Source: Mobula hypostoma
Taxonomy: Eukaryota
Direction of reading: 5' to 3'
Length of the DNA stretch: 64,000 bases
Assembly: GCF_963921235.1 (NCBI RefSeq)
Contig: NC_086101.1
Span: 1,178,001-1,242,000, forward strand
The notes below the pieces were generated by a model that did no database searches, was not told the origin of the DNA, and worked only from the letters and a program-made list of their open reading frames with translations. The translations under genes and the position numbers were made by a program. Below, piece after piece: positions 62,062-64,000 of the stretch (its first letter is position 1; the number at the start of each line of letters is the position of its first letter).

Positions 62062-63308
62062 ATGAGCTTAAGAAAGAAATTAGGAGAGCCAGAAGGGGCC
62101 ATGAGAAGGCCTTGGGGGACAGGATTAAGGAAAACTCCAAGGCATTCTACAAGTATGTGAAGAGCAAGAGGATAAGATGTGAGAGAATAGGATCAATCAA
62201 ATGTGACAGTGGAAAAGTGTGTATGGAACCGGAGGAGATAGCAGAGGTTCTTAACGAGAACTTTGCTCAGTATTCACTACAGAAAAGGATCTTGGTGATT
62301 GTAGAGATTACTTACAGTGGATTGAAAAGCTTGAACATGTAGATATGAAGAAAGAGGATGTGCTGGAGATTTTGGAAAGCATCAAGTTGGATAGGTCACT
62401 GGGACCGGATGTTATGCACCCCAGGCTACTGTGGGAGGCGAGGGAGGAGATTGCTGAGCCTCTGGTGATGATCTTTGCACCATCAATAGGGACAGGGGAG
62501 GTTCCGGAGCATTGGAGGGTTGCAGATATTGTTCCCTTATTCAGGAAAGGGAGTAGAGATAGCCCAGGGAGTCTTACTTCAGTGGTTGGTTAAGTTGATG
62601 GAGAAGATCCTGAGAGGCAGGATTTATGAACATTTGGAGAGGCATAATATGATTAGGAATAGTCAGCATGGCTTTGTGAAAGGCAGGTCGTGCCTTACGA
62701 GCCTGGTTGAATTTTTTGAGGATGTGATTAAACACATTGATGAAGGTAGAGCAGTAGATGTAGTGTATACTGATTTCAGCGAAGTATTTGACAAGGTACC
62801 CCATGCAAGGCTTATTGAGACATGAGATCCAAGGGAACATTGCTTTGTGGATCCAGAACTGGCTTGCCCACAGAAGGCAAAGAGTGGTTGCAGACGGGTC
62901 ATATTCTGCATGGAGGTCAGTCACCAGTGGAGTGCCTTGGGGATCTGTTCTGGGACTTCTACTCTTCGTGATTTTTATAAATGACCTGGATGAGGAAGTG
63001 GAAAGATGGGTTAGTAGATTTGCTGATAACACAAAGGTTTGGGGTGTTGTGGACAGTGTGGAGGGCTGTCAGAGGTTACAGCAGGTCACTGATACGATGC
63101 AAAACTGGGCTGAGAAGTGGCAAATGGAGCTCAACGCAGATAAGTGTGAGGTGGTTCATTTTCGTAGGTCAACTATGATGGCAGAATATAGTATTAATGG
63201 TAAGACTCTTGGCAGTGTGGAGGATCAGAGCGATCTCAGTGTCCGAGTCCATAGGGCACTCAAAGCTGCTACACAGGTTGACTGTGTGGTTAAGAAAGTG
63301 TATGGTGC
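62062..63308 (+). mobile_element. CR1 ORF2 RT fragment ending in a fold-back
   Basis: [35 protein letters not shown]. Confidence 0.9.
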
Positions 63309-63354
63309 CAATGCACCATACACTTTCTTAACCACACAGTCAACCTGCGTAGCA
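63267..63354. repeat. Near-perfect 42-bp inverted repeat with a 4-nt loop
   Basis: TGCTACACAGGTTGACTGTGTGGTTAAGAAAGTGTATGGTGC-CAAT-GCACCATACACTTTCTTAACCACACAGTCAACCTGCGTAGCA; one mismatch. Confidence 0.95.
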
Positions 63355-64000
63355 AAAGAAAGCAAATTATAGGCCAGTTAGCTTAACCTCTGTGGTTGGG
63401 GAAGTGCTGGTGCCTATCATTAAGGATGAGGTTTCAGGGTACTTAGAGACTAATGATAAAATAAGTCAAAGTCAGCATGGTTTCTGTAAAGGGAAATCTT
63501 GTCTGACATATCTGTTAGAGTTCTTCGAGGAAATAACAAGCAGGGTGGACAAAGGAGAGGCAGTGGATTTGCAGAAGGCATCTGATAAGGTGCCACACCT
63601 GAGGCTGCTTAACAAAATACATCTTATGGTGTTACAGGAAAAACACTGGCATGTCTGACAGGCAGGAGGCGGTGAGCGGGAATTAAAGGAGTCAGGCTGT
63701 GGGTACATTTACGGCTGAAGTTGATAACTTCCTCATCAGTCAGGGCATCAAGTGATATGGCGAGAAGGCAGGTATATGCGATTAAGTGGGATCTGGGATC
63801 AGCCATGATGGAATGGCAGAGAAGAGTCAATAAGCTGAATGGCCTAACTCTGCCCCTGTCTTATGGTCTTATAAGTGCCCACCATCCACCAAGCAAGCAG
63901 TAACAAAGCTTCCCCAGGGCACCACTGCTCAGTACAAGAGGACATGGCTTTAAGGTGAGGGGTGGGAATTTCAAGGGGGATATTAGAGGAAGGTTTTTTA
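63355..64000 (+). mobile_element. CR1 fragments (RT piece + 3' ends)
   Basis: [12 protein letters not shown]...SQHGF.KGKSC; tail ~63870; 63915-64000 matches the 3' region of the 38944-41018 family. Confidence 0.8.

Overview
This is eukaryotic, gene-poor DNA made almost entirely of transposable elements and minisatellites. The element mix suggests a cartilaginous fish such as a ray (inference). The window is dominated by CR1 LINEs (esterase ORF1, EN/RT ORF2, tandem-repeat 3' tails). It also holds Rex1/Babar and RTE LINE pieces, two Penelope-like (GIY-YIG) 3' ends that carry minimal type I hammerhead ribozyme motifs, Gypsy LTR elements, and hAT, Tc1/mariner, Harbinger and Academ-like DNA transposons. 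Two unnamed non-autonomous retroposon families and an RTE-derived SINE are present, plus three large minisatellite arrays and one small one. The centrepiece is a multi-layer nest at 26.5-45.7 kb (CR1 > Academ-like element > Gypsy > SINEs/Harbinger/CR1) whose junctions can be rejoined from target-site duplications. No host gene is confidently identified; a pair of candidate minus-strand exons lies at 53.2-53.6 kb. I found no convincing wholly new system. Boundaries without a stated TSD are approximate and were read by eye.
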